Assembly (NCBI GenBank): GCA_040397235.1
Contig: JBBAWH010000001.1
Location: 243,640 to 307,639 of the forward strand
Direction of reading: 5' to 3'
Origin: Candidatus Limnocylindrus sp.
GTDB taxonomy: Bacteria > Chloroflexota > Limnocylindria > Limnocylindrales > Limnocylindraceae
Length of the DNA stretch: 64,000 nucleotides
The notes under the pieces were generated by a model. That model ran no database searches. It was not told the DNA's origin and saw nothing but the letters and a program-made list of their open reading frames with translations. Shown here piece after piece: positions 30,123 through 45,046 of the stretch. The position numbers and the translations under genes are program-made. How positions within the stretch are numbered: the stretch's first letter is position 1; each line of letters starts with the position of its first letter.

Positions 30123-30424
30123 CCGTCGGCCTCCTCGGAGAGGATCGCCTGCACGCGCACAAAGTCACCGCTCCGTGCCGGTGCGTTCTTCAGGGCATCG
30201 TCAACGGGGAGGGATGGCTCAGCGATGTCGTCACGCAGGGGCATCGCCTGAACGATCGTCTGTGCACTCGGCGGGACGCTCGAGGTATCGACATCGGCGA
30301 GGTGGGCCCACTGCTCCAGGATGAGGTTGAGGTCGCCCTGGAGCTTCCCCAACTCGTCGCTGGTGAGGCCGAGGCGTGCCAGCGCAGCGACGCGTTCTAC
30401 CTCGGCACGGGTCAGTTCACTCAT
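30119..30424 (-). CDS. gatC: Amidotransferase subunit C
   Basis: 101 aa (MSELTRAEVERVAALARLGLTSDE...), typical of GatC. It overlaps the gatA start. Confidence 0.85.
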   Translation of the reverse strand: MSELTRAEVERVAALARLGLTSDELGKLQGDLNLILEQWAHLADVDTSSVPPSAQTIVQAMPLRDDIAEPSLPVDDALKNAPARSGDFVRVQAILSEEADG

Positions 30425-30433
30425 GCGGGAATC

Positions 30434-35175
<4,742 letters not shown>

Positions 35176-35208
35176 CCGAGTATTCTACCGCCCGCCACCC
35201 TCCGCCCA

Positions 35209-35251
35209 CGAAAAACGAAGAGGACCCTCGGCCCCGCCGAGAGTCCTCTTC
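35209..35251 (-). terminator. Rho-independent terminator downstream of groEL
   Basis: A 9-bp perfect GC-rich stem (GAAGAGGAC...GTCCTCTTC) with an inner CTCGGC/GCCGAG hairpin is followed on the minus strand by GTTTTTCG. It lies 20 nt after the groEL stop. Confidence 0.6.
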
Positions 35252-35270
35252 ACTAGGTGCGAGGTAGGTA

Positions 35271-36911
<1,641 letters not shown>

Positions 36912-36945
36912 CTATCTACGTTGGGTTACTTGGGCCTTCGTGGAA

Positions 36946-37245
36946 TTAGTCGATGACGGCCAAGATGTCCTTGGCGCCAACGATGAGGAACTCATCGCCA
37001 TCGATCTTGAATTCGGTGCCGGCATACTTTGCGTGCAGGACGCGGTCGCCCACCTTCACGTCAATCGGCTCGCGCTTCCCGTCATCAAGGATGCGGCCTG
37101 GTCCAACGGCGACGACTTCGCCCTCCTGTGGCTTCTCCTGCACCGTGTCGGGCAGGATGATGCCGCTGGCAGTCTTCTCATCGCGGGGGACTGGCTTCAC
37201 GACGACGCGGTCGCCGAGGGGTCGGAGTGCTGCCTTCTTGGCCAT
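36946..37245 (-). CDS. groES: Co-chaperonin GroES
   Basis: [18 protein letters not shown]... The conserved N-terminus places the ATG at 37245, with AAGGAGG upstream. The ORF track extends it to 37287. Confidence 0.95.
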   Translation of the reverse strand: MAKKAALRPLGDRVVVKPVPRDEKTASGIILPDTVQEKPQEGEVVAVGPGRILDDGKREPIDVKVGDRVLHAKYAGTEFKIDGDEFLIVGAKDILAVID

Positions 37246-37321
37246 CGGTAGAACCTCCTTGTGGGCGGGTGTACCGCCCCTGAACACTTGTGCCTACGCG
37301 GGCGAGGCACGTGCGGAGATG

Positions 37322-37348
37322 TTAGCACTCGAGGGCTTAGAGTGCCAA
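37322..37348. promoter_or_regulatory. CIRCE operator (HrcA binding site) upstream of groES-groEL
   Basis: TTAGCACTC-N9-GAGTGCCAA matches the CIRCE consensus TTAGCACTC-N9-GAGTGCTAA with one mismatch. It sits ~75-100 nt upstream of the groES ATG. Confidence 0.75.
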
Positions 37349-38200
37349 CTCCAAGCGTGGAGGAGCGCCGCTCCCGCGTGGAAAGATGCGGTCAAAGTTC
37401 TCCGCAATGGCGCGAGCGAGCGGCTCAATCGGCTCGCCGCGACGCTCCGCGATCCACGCCAGGGTCAGGGCGACATTGGCCGGCTCATTGCGGTGCGGAT
37501 CTGGCGCCCCCGGCATCGTCAGCCACGGTGCGTCCGTTTCGGTCAACAGGCGATCGGGTGGAATCAACGCGACCCACTCCCCGGTCGCCGACTCCTCAGG
37601 CCGGAAGGCGAGTCCAGAGATGGAGACGGCCCCGCCGAGCGCGAGTGCCTCCTCGACGTAGGCGGCACTCCCCGAGGCACTGTGCAAGATGAAGGGGACC
37701 CGCCCACCGAACGCCTTGGCACCGCCAGGCGCGCCGATCGCCGAGCGCTTGAGCGTTGCCAGGAGCTCTCGCTGTGCCTCATCACCATAATTAAGCGAGC
37801 GGCAGTGCAGGATCAGCGGCTTGCCGAGTGCCGCTGCAACATCGATGTGCGCCTCGAGGTTTTCGATCTGAGCTGCGAGCGGCGCGAAATCGCGCTTGGT
37901 GTCGATCCCCGTCTCGCCAATGGCCACCACACGCGAGTCGACCGCGCGCGCGAGCAGCGCATCGCGCCCTGGAGCATCGGTTACGGCCGTATAGGGGTGG
38001 ATGCCAATCGCGAGGTCGGCCCACGGCAGATCTGGAGCGATCCGAAAGGCCCCCTCAGAGCTCTCGATGCCGTACGACGGAATGAGGAGTCGGACCACTC
38101 CCGCGTCGCGTGCGCGCGCGGCTACCTGCTGGTAGTCATCGTTAAAGCGATCGGCCTGGAGGTGCCCGTGTGCGTCAGTCAGCAGCGGCATCGAGCGCAT
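37337..38200 (-). CDS. tatD: TatD-family metal-dependent DNase/hydrolase
   Basis: 287 aa. The N-terminal LTDAHGHL histidine motif and TIM-barrel hydrolase pattern are present. It overlaps the 3' end of metG, the usual metG-tatD pairing. Confidence 0.85.
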   Translation of the reverse strand: MRSMPLLTDAHGHLQADRFNDDYQQVAARARDAGVVRLLIPSYGIESSEGAFRIAPDLPWADLAIGIHPYTAVTDAPGRDALLARAVDSRVVAIGETGIDTKRDFAPLAAQIENLEAHIDVAAALGKPLILHCRSLNYGDEAQRELLATLKRSAIGAPGGAKAFGGRVPFILHSASGSAAYVEEALALGGAVSISGLAFRPEESATGEWVALIPPDRLLTETDAPWLTMPGAPDPHRNEPANVALTLAWIAERRGEPIEPLARAIAENFDRIFPRGSGAPPRLELAL

Positions 38201-39800
38201 CAGCCTCTAGTCGTGGGAAGAGTGGCTCTGGTGCGCCGAGTGGCCCGGCTGCACCGAGTGCCCCCCATGCGCCGATCTCGTCGAGCGGCGGACCGTTGTG
38301 CCCGTTCGCGTCGTACGGCCAGTTTCGACCGAGCAGCGTCCAGATCTTCGCGGCGATGCAGGGCATCACCGGTGCGGCATAGAGGGAGATAAGGCGACAC
38401 GACTCGAGAAGATCACCAAGCACGCAGCGGAGCTTCTCCTCCGCCGCAGCATCACCGAGTTTCGCTGCCTTCGCGAGCTCCCACGGCTTCTCGCTATCGA
38501 CAAACTTGTTTGCCACGCCGACGAACCCCCAGAGGGCGCCAAGCCACTCATGCAGCGCGTTGCGCTCCAGCGCCGCGATCGCCTCGCGTCGCGTCTCCTC
38601 CCAAGCGGCACCGAGGGTTGATGCGGCTGCCGGGCGCGGGAGCGGCGCATCGGTGAAGGCGCGGCTCGCCAGCGTGGTTGCGCGGTTCACCAGGTTGCCG
38701 AAGTCATTGGCAAGTTCAGAGTTGTAGCGGCGAATGATGGAGTCCCAGCTCACGTCGCCGTCGCGATCAAACGGCACCTCGCGCAGCGCAACGAATCGTG
38801 CGCCATCAGCGCCGAGCGCGGCGACCGCATCATCTGGGTCAAGGAAGTTGCCACGGCTCTTGCTCATGCGCTCGCCGCTGGAGAGGAGCCACCCGTGCAC
38901 CCAGATCTTCTTTGGTGCCTCAAGCCCTGCGCTCCACAGCATCGCTGGCCAGAAGACGGAGTGGAATCGATTGATGTCCTTGCCGATGATGTGCAGATCG
39001 GCGGGCCACCATGGCGCGCCAGCAGCCTCCGCCGGGAAGCCCGCGCCAGTGAGGTAGTTGATCAGGGCGTCGTACCAGACGTAGATGGTCCCGGCCTTCG
39101 GGTCACCCTCCCCCGTTGCGGTCAGCGCGCTGCTCCCATCTTCATGAATGGGGAATGGAATCCCCCACGTTGCCCCTTCGCGGCTGATCGAGAAATCTTC
39201 CAACCCCTGGCGGACAAATCCGAGCATCTCGTTCCGTCGATATTCGGGCTGCACGGGCGATGGATCCTGCGTCAACCAGGCCTCAAGACGCTTTTGGTAG
39301 GCGCTGAGTCGGAAGAACCAGTTGCGCTCAGTCAGCCACTGCAGCGGGATGCCAAGATGGTTGGGGCAGACGGTCTTGTCGCCCTCCTTGACCACGTCAT
39401 CAGCGTTGCGGAACCCCTCGTTGGGGCAGTACCAGCCTTCATAGCTACCGACGTAGATGTCTCCAGCTGCAAACGAGCGCCGAACCATCTCCTGCGCGGC
39501 AAGGGTGTGGTCCGCGTCGGTGGTGCGAATGAATCGATCGGGGCTAATCAGCAGCTTCGCCTCGCTCACTTGGAAGAGGGCGACCTTGGCGTCAACGAAG
39601 GCCTTCGGTGTCACCCCCTCCTCTGCAGCGCGGGCGGCGATGTTGACCGAGTACTCGTCCGTACCGGTCAGGAAGCGCACCTCGTCGCCGCGCATACGGC
39701 GCCAACGGGCGATGGCATCGGCGCCGATCACCTCATAGAGCGTGTGCAGGCCAGGCTTGTTGTTGGCATACGCGATGGCTGTCGTTAGGTAGTACCGCAT
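38175..39800 (-). CDS. metG: Methionyl-tRNA synthetase (short, class without C-terminal tRNA-binding extension)
   Basis: The conserved start MRYYLTTAIAYANNKPGLHT (HIGH-type motif region) is at 39800 and a KMSKS motif (RMSKSRGN) is present. The ORF track start at 39926 is an upstream in-frame extension. Confidence 0.9.
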   Translation of the reverse strand: MRYYLTTAIAYANNKPGLHTLYEVIGADAIARWRRMRGDEVRFLTGTDEYSVNIAARAAEEGVTPKAFVDAKVALFQVSEAKLLISPDRFIRTTDADHTLAAQEMVRRSFAAGDIYVGSYEGWYCPNEGFRNADDVVKEGDKTVCPNHLGIPLQWLTERNWFFRLSAYQKRLEAWLTQDPSPVQPEYRRNEMLGFVRQGLEDFSISREGATWGIPFPIHEDGSSALTATGEGDPKAGTIYVWYDALINYLTGAGFPAEAAGAPWWPADLHIIGKDINRFHSVFWPAMLWSAGLEAPKKIWVHGWLLSSGERMSKSRGNFLDPDDAVAALGADGARFVALREVPFDRDGDVSWDSIIRRYNSELANDFGNLVNRATTLASRAFTDAPLPRPAAASTLGAAWEETRREAIAALERNALHEWLGALWGFVGVANKFVDSEKPWELAKAAKLGDAAAEEKLRCVLGDLLESCRLISLYAAPVMPCIAAKIWTLLGRNWPYDANGHNGPPLDEIGAWGALGAAGPLGAPEPLFPRLEADALDAAAD

Positions 39801-39935
39801 CGTGGGCGATTGTCGCAGAAGAGCGCGCCCCCAGCGCGATACGCCGGCAGTATCCGCACCGTGGGAGGGTGCCAGAGCAGGCGTACGGCTCCTGCGGGTC
39901 ACGTGATCCGGGCCGCCGCCGCACAAGGAGGCGCA

Positions 39936-40331
39936 ATGAACAAGGTCATGCTCGCTGGCAGGATTACCAAGCCCGTCGAATTGAGAACGCTCCCCTCAGG
40001 CTCCAAGGTCGCGGTGGGGAACTTCGCAACCCATGACTTCCGCGGCGGCGAGGAGCGCACGGAGTTCCATCGGCTCGTCTTCTGGGAGAAGCTCGCTGAG
40101 ATTGCCGCCGCCCATCTGCAGGCGGGATCGCTCGTCAGCATCGATGGCCGCCTTAAGACCCACGAGTGGGAGAGCGAAGGGTCGCGCCGCTGGATGACCG
40201 AGGTGATCGTGAATCGCCTGGAGTTCCTCGGGCCAAAGCCGCAGTCCGGTGACCCGGTGGCACAAGGGTCAGAGCCGACTGATCTCGGTGAGGCCGAGTA
40301 CGGCGAGGAGATCGCGCCAGTTCGCGCCTAG
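39936..40331 (+). CDS. ssb: Single-stranded DNA-binding protein paralog lacking the acidic C-terminal tip
   Basis: ATG preceded by AGGAGG. The OB fold reads MNKVMLAGRITKPVELRTLPSGSKVAVGNFATHDFRGGEERTEFHRLVFWEKLAE... The C-terminus ends ...EAEYGEEIAPVRA, without the canonical DDDIPF. Confidence 0.8.
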   Translation: MNKVMLAGRITKPVELRTLPSGSKVAVGNFATHDFRGGEERTEFHRLVFWEKLAEIAAAHLQAGSLVSIDGRLKTHEWESEGSRRWMTEVIVNRLEFLGPKPQSGDPVAQGSEPTDLGEAEYGEEIAPVRA

Positions 40332-41278
40332 CTCTCGTCGTCGACGCTCTCTGGTGCCGTGTCGTCATGGGCGAGGTTCCAGAGGCGTCGACGTTCAAGC
40401 CCCCACAGGGTGGCGATACGTCGAATCGCCGCGCTGCGCGACTCACCCGCCGTCACAGCGCGCCCCACAAGTTCGAGTGCTGCCGCATATGGGCCCTCGG
40501 GATCATCGGTGTCAGGTAGATCTGCGGCCGCCTGCGCACCGACAACGATGACGAACTCACCGCGCGCATCAATCTCCCCCGCACTCACCGCCGCTGCGAG
40601 TTGGCCGAGGGTGCCGCGGCGAATCTCCTCGTGCAACTTCGTGAGCTCGCGACAGATTGCCCCCACGCGGTCGTCGCCGCACACGCGCGCCAGATCGACC
40701 AGTGTCGCGGCCACACGCGGCCCCGCCTCATAGATCACGGTACCGCGCTCATCAGAGGCGATGGCACCAAGCACCTTGGTTCGGTCGACGCCACTCCGCG
40801 GCAGGAAACCTTCAAATGACCAGCGTGGGCCAGTGACGCCCGCTGCGACAACCGCCGCGAGGAGTGCGGATGCGCCGGGGATAGGGATCACGCGGATCCC
40901 TGCAGCGACCGCAGCGGCGACGAGCGTTCCCCCTGGGTCACTGATCAGGGGCGTGCCAGCGTCGCTGATCAGCGCGATGGCGGTGCCAGACAGCAGCCGG
41001 GCAATGATCGGCGCAACTCGGTCGGCCTCATCAAAACCTGGAAGGGCCGTCACCTCTGTCTGCACGCCAAAGCTGGCCAAGAGCGGGCGAGAGACACGCG
41101 TGTCTTCGGCAACGATCAGTCCAACCTCGCGAAGCACAGCCGCTGCACGCGGCGTGAGATCGGCGAGATTACCGATCGGGGTAGAGACGATATGCAACGC
41201 CCCAGGCGTTGCGCCACCGCCGCGCAGGTCCTCAGTCAAGCTTCGGGCGCCGCCGAGGGTAGAGATAGTCGCTTCCAC
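40328..41278 (-). CDS. rsmI: 16S rRNA (cytidine1402-2'-O)-methyltransferase RsmI
   Basis: ALHIVSTPIGNLADLTPRAAAVL..., a tetrapyrrole-methylase-fold N-terminus typical of RsmI. The annotated start overlaps nadE by 47 nt, so the true start may be a downstream non-ATG codon. Confidence 0.85.
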   Translation of the reverse strand: MEATISTLGGARSLTEDLRGGGATPGALHIVSTPIGNLADLTPRAAAVLREVGLIVAEDTRVSRPLLASFGVQTEVTALPGFDEADRVAPIIARLLSGTAIALISDAGTPLISDPGGTLVAAAVAAGIRVIPIPGASALLAAVVAAGVTGPRWSFEGFLPRSGVDRTKVLGAIASDERGTVIYEAGPRVAATLVDLARVCGDDRVGAICRELTKLHEEIRRGTLGQLAAAVSAGEIDARGEFVIVVGAQAAADLPDTDDPEGPYAAALELVGRAVTAGESRSAAIRRIATLWGLERRRLWNLAHDDTAPESVDDES

Positions 41279-42095
41279 TGCTCCGCCCCCCCACCTTTGC
41301 GATTGGCGGCATCTGGCGCTTGAACTCCGATCGACGAATCATCTCACTCACCCGTGAGACAAATTCGCGATCAAAGCCCTCCGCAATCACGTCTTCAAGC
41401 GGAAGGCGACGATCAACGATGCGGTGGAGCACGCGATCAAGGGTTGGGTAATCAAATCCACCCTCACCCTCGTCGGTCTGACCCGGCCAAAGATCGGCGC
41501 TCGGCGCCTTCTCAATGATCTGCGTCGGCACGCCGAGGTGGCGCGATAGCTCGCGTACCTGCGTCTTGTATAGATCGCCGATTGGGTTGAATGCCGAGGC
41601 GGCATCGCCGAAGATCGTGGAGTAGCCGATCAGCATCTCGCTCTTGTTCCCCGTGCCGACCACTACCCCACGGTGCTGGGCTGAGCGGTCATAGAGCGTG
41701 GCCATTCGCAATCGTGCCGCCATATTCCCCCGACGCACTGGGGTTACGCTCTCGCCCGCGGGCAGGTTCGCGATGAGTGCCGCCAACGGCGCCTCAATTG
41801 AGATGAGTTCACTCTGACAGCCGAGGTCGCTCACGATCGCCTCGGCATCAGCCCTCGAATTGGGCGATGACGCTGCGGTTGGCATCAGCACAGCCACCAG
41901 ACGATCTGCGCCGATGGCTGCGGCGGTCAGGTAGGCAACCAGCGCGGAGTCAATGCCGCCGGAGAGGCCGAGGAGAACTCGCTCGGCGCCGGTGCTCGCC
42001 ACGTGCGAGGTGATGAAGGAGCGGCACATGGCCGCGACCATCTCGGGGTCAATCGCGAGTTCGTCGTGAGGTGCACTACCGCTCTCGCCTCTCAT
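41232..42095 (-). CDS. nadE: NAD+ synthetase, synthetase (ATP pyrophosphatase) subunit only
   Basis: 287 aa with the PP-loop LGLSGGIDSALVAYL. It has no fused nitrilase domain. Confidence 0.85.
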   Translation of the reverse strand: MRGESGSAPHDELAIDPEMVAAMCRSFITSHVASTGAERVLLGLSGGIDSALVAYLTAAAIGADRLVAVLMPTAASSPNSRADAEAIVSDLGCQSELISIEAPLAALIANLPAGESVTPVRRGNMAARLRMATLYDRSAQHRGVVVGTGNKSEMLIGYSTIFGDAASAFNPIGDLYKTQVRELSRHLGVPTQIIEKAPSADLWPGQTDEGEGGFDYPTLDRVLHRIVDRRLPLEDVIAEGFDREFVSRVSEMIRRSEFKRQMPPIAKVGGRSSGSDYLYPRRRPKLD

Positions 42096-42103
42096 TAGGT
42101 TGC

Positions 42104-43003
42104 CTATGCCTCCTCGAGGCCGGCGCGGGTGGCGATGATGCGGTCGTATTCGCGGCGCGTCAGCTCCAGACGCTCATCACGCAGGAGTGGAAGTGCGGTG
42201 CGGGCGCGTGCCACCTCGTCAAGATCGATCTCGGCAAGGAGAAGCGCCTCTTCGAAGAGGGGCGCCTCTGCGAGCACGACACCGTCGGGTCCGATCACGC
42301 GCGAGCCGCCCCAGAAGATCAGTGACTCATCGACGCCGACCCGATTCGTGAAGGCAACATAGGAGGTCGTGAGCGCCGCGGTGGCACGAAGCAGGGTGCC
42401 CCAGGATGCTGCGGAGCCAAGCCCCTGATCGGCATCCACGCTTGCGCCGCGCGCTGGCCCCGCCGCCACGTTGATGAGGAGCTCGGCCCCATCCTGCGCA
42501 AGGATCGATGGCAGCGTTGGATGCCAGAAGTCCTCGCACACACCGATGCCGATTCCGACATCGCCCTGAACCGCTGATCCACCAAGGGCCGCTCGGGTCG
42601 CGCGAATCGCATCGCCCGCCGCGAGGAAGCGTCGCTCATCAAAGAGTCCGTACGTTGGTAGATAGCACTTGCGCGCCACATGTCGCACCTCGCCACCCTC
42701 TAGTAGGGCGGCGGCGGCAAAGAGTCGATGGTCATCGGTTGACTCAACAAATGAGACAACCGCAGAGGGGCCGCCGCTCGTGAGCTTTGCCAGCGCTTGG
42801 AGGCGTGGATCGCTGCGTCGCATCGCAACCTCTGGCGCGAGGTCTTGCAGTTGATACCCGGTGAGGCCGAGCTCGGGAAAGATCACAAGATCGGCGCCCG
42901 CGGCACGAGCCTCAGCGATCTTCGCTTGATGCAGGGCGAAGTTCTGCGCGAGGTCACCAAGTGCCGGGGCGATTTGCGCGAGGGCGAGCACTCTGCGTCG
43001 CAT
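42104..43003 (-). CDS. Carbon-nitrogen hydrolase of the NadE-glutaminase type (separate polypeptide)
   Basis: The E-K-C triad contexts FPELGLTGY, RKCYLPTYGLFDERRFLAAGD and GIGVCEDFWHP closely mirror the glutaminase domain of fused glutamine-dependent NAD synthetases. It ends 8 nt before nadE. Confidence 0.8.
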   Translation of the reverse strand: MRRRVLALAQIAPALGDLAQNFALHQAKIAEARAAGADLVIFPELGLTGYQLQDLAPEVAMRRSDPRLQALAKLTSGGPSAVVSFVESTDDHRLFAAAALLEGGEVRHVARKCYLPTYGLFDERRFLAAGDAIRATRAALGGSAVQGDVGIGIGVCEDFWHPTLPSILAQDGAELLINVAAGPARGASVDADQGLGSAASWGTLLRATAALTTSYVAFTNRVGVDESLIFWGGSRVIGPDGVVLAEAPLFEEALLLAEIDLDEVARARTALPLLRDERLELTRREYDRIIATRAGLEEA

Positions 43004-43009
43004 CAGCCC

Positions 43010-44944
43010 CTACTTTTGCAAATCCCACGTGTGGATCGACCACGCGTATAACGGGCTTTGCACATCTGCTGTTTTCGTCGCCCAGGTAAAGCGGTTCCGA
43101 AGTAGTGCGTAGGAGGGATCCCCCCAGAGGAGGAGATACGGCCGCTCGCTCCGCCGGAGCGATTGAATGGTGGCGTAGATACCGACGCGCGAGCTAATGC
43201 TCCCGGCTGAGACGCCTTGGGCCAGGAGCTGATCGACGCCCGAGCTCGACCAGCAGACGAAGTTCTTCCCAGCCGGTGCCTCTTCGGTTGGGCAGGCGCT
43301 GGAGGCGAAGATATCCGAGTCATCGGGATCAAGGCCCCACTGCCACGCGCCGAGATAGAGATCAAAGTCGTTTGGGTAGCGCAGCCGTGGCGCGATGTCC
43401 GTGGCAAACGGAAGCTCGGCGACGGCGAGCGAGATGCCGCACTCAGCAACCTGGTCAACGATCAGCTGGGCCGCACGGGTTCGCGCAACCTGGCCCTCCC
43501 GAACGATGATGTCAGCCTCAAGTCGCGTGCCGGCGCGAGCGAAGACGCCATCCTCACCTGCGACCCATCCGTCGGCAATGAGCGCGGCGCGTGCACCAGC
43601 GACATCGCGCGTGGCCTCTGCTGCGGCGGGGTTTTCAGCCGCCCACGAGGTTGGCGCCACGGTGCTGGAGATCTTGATCCCGGTCTCATCTGTTGCGCCA
43701 GTGATGATTGCTGGCAGGTCGACGCACGAGGCGAGGGCGCGGCGGATAACGCTGCTGGCGAAGAGGCGCCCTTCGCGTGTATTGAACGCAAGGTAGTTGT
43801 AGCCGCGAAGCGACGCGGTGTGGAGCAGCGTGGCGTCGTCGCTCACGGTCAGGCCAGCAACATCTGCGGCTCGAAGGTCAGGGGCCCAATCAATCGCACC
43901 CCCTTGAAAGGCCTTCAGCACACCGGCGGGCGATGCAAAGACCGTCAGGGTCATCGCCGACATCGGCGGCTCGCCAAGGGCGAATCCCTTGAAGGCGGCG
44001 AGCTGCACGAAGGTACCGGGCACACGCTCGACGAATTCGTACGGCCCAGCGCCGATAGGTGCGCTCTGTACGTCGAGAAGTAGGAACGCGGCGCCAAGCT
44101 GCCCTTCAGTTGGTGCGAGGAGTAGTCCCTCCAGCGCAGCCAGCCGCACGTAGAGCGCACGTGCGTACTGTTCGTCGTCGCGGCTCCCCGTCGGCTCGCC
44201 AGTGCTGCTGAGTTGCGGATAGCCGCGTGGGTCTGGCAGATCAAGGCCAGCGTCGGCAAGGGTGCGCTCCAGCTCGGTGACGCGCGATGCATAGGTGCAG
44301 TTTGTCCCCCCCGAGGCGGCGCATCCGCCGCCGTCAATATCGGCGGCAATGTTCTCGCGGGTCAGGGAGACCGCATTGCGATCTGCCGCTTGAACCTTGG
44401 CTTGGAGTCGAGCCAGTGATGCGGTGAGCGTGCCCTTGGGGAGGATTGGGATGGTGAGTCCGCGTGTCTGCCAGGGTGCCCATGGCGACTTCAAGGTGAA
44501 GGTGAGCGCACCGTCTGCCTCCGCCTCCACAGAGGCCAGGTGGTTCCCGACCACGGCGCAAATGTCGCTCACAAGCGGACAGCGCGTTGAGGCTCCAAGT
44601 TCATAGGTAAAGATCACATCGTCGGTGGTGAGTGGCGACCCATCGTGGAAGGTGAGCCCCGAGCGCAGTGTGACGCGCCATTTCGTGCCACCTGCCGCAC
44701 TCGAGGCGTCGCCATCGGCGAGCACCGGGGTTGGCGCGAAGGCGGCATCGGCGCGGTAGAGACCAGCGTGGACCATGGAGCCAACGAGGGCGGAGGCATC
44801 GTCGGAATAGGCGAGCTCTAGGCCGGCGGGCTCACCGACGATCCCCACCTTCAGCGTGCGACTGGAGATGACCGTGCAGCCAGCGAGCAGGGTTGCCGTT
44901 AAGAGAGCTGCCGCAAGGAACTTTAGGCCCCGATGCATCGGCAT
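43010..44944 (-). CDS. ABC transporter substrate-binding lipoprotein, family 5 (peptide/nickel/opine type), with no adjacent permease or ATPase genes
   Basis: 644 aa with a lipobox LLAGC after the signal peptide and a family-5 SBP fold pattern. GAGGGGAG lies upstream of the ATG. Confidence 0.8.
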   Translation of the reverse strand: MPMHRGLKFLAAALLTATLLAGCTVISSRTLKVGIVGEPAGLELAYSDDASALVGSMVHAGLYRADAAFAPTPVLADGDASSAAGGTKWRVTLRSGLTFHDGSPLTTDDVIFTYELGASTRCPLVSDICAVVGNHLASVEAEADGALTFTLKSPWAPWQTRGLTIPILPKGTLTASLARLQAKVQAADRNAVSLTRENIAADIDGGGCAASGGTNCTYASRVTELERTLADAGLDLPDPRGYPQLSSTGEPTGSRDDEQYARALYVRLAALEGLLLAPTEGQLGAAFLLLDVQSAPIGAGPYEFVERVPGTFVQLAAFKGFALGEPPMSAMTLTVFASPAGVLKAFQGGAIDWAPDLRAADVAGLTVSDDATLLHTASLRGYNYLAFNTREGRLFASSVIRRALASCVDLPAIITGATDETGIKISSTVAPTSWAAENPAAAEATRDVAGARAALIADGWVAGEDGVFARAGTRLEADIIVREGQVARTRAAQLIVDQVAECGISLAVAELPFATDIAPRLRYPNDFDLYLGAWQWGLDPDDSDIFASSACPTEEAPAGKNFVCWSSSGVDQLLAQGVSAGSISSRVGIYATIQSLRRSERPYLLLWGDPSYALLRNRFTWATKTADVQSPLYAWSIHTWDLQK

Positions 44945-44966
44945 CTCCCCTCTCGCTCTCTCGTGG

Positions 44967-44982
44967 ATCGGCAGGTGCCGAT
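44967..44982. promoter_or_regulatory. Perfect 7-2-7 palindrome ATCGGCAGGTGCCGAT upstream of the SBP gene
   Basis: An inverted repeat 23-38 nt upstream of the SBP start codon, in the 100-bp gap after the NUDIX gene. It could be an operator or a weak terminator. Confidence 0.25.
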
Positions 44983-45046
44983 CTCTCCACAGGATAAGGG
45001 TTTGCCGTGCACTTTTGTGGCGGAGCGACCCGCCCGCACGAATCGC

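Noticed and set aside
36953-38392. 479-aa + strand ORF
   Set aside because: Antisense across groES, tatD and the metG 3' end, all of which have clear sense-strand identities.
39801-39935. Possible T-box or other leader upstream of metG
   Set aside because: The 135-bp divergent region shows no specifier-loop or T-box conserved sequence and no convincing terminator/antiterminator pair. It is too short for a T-box riboswitch.
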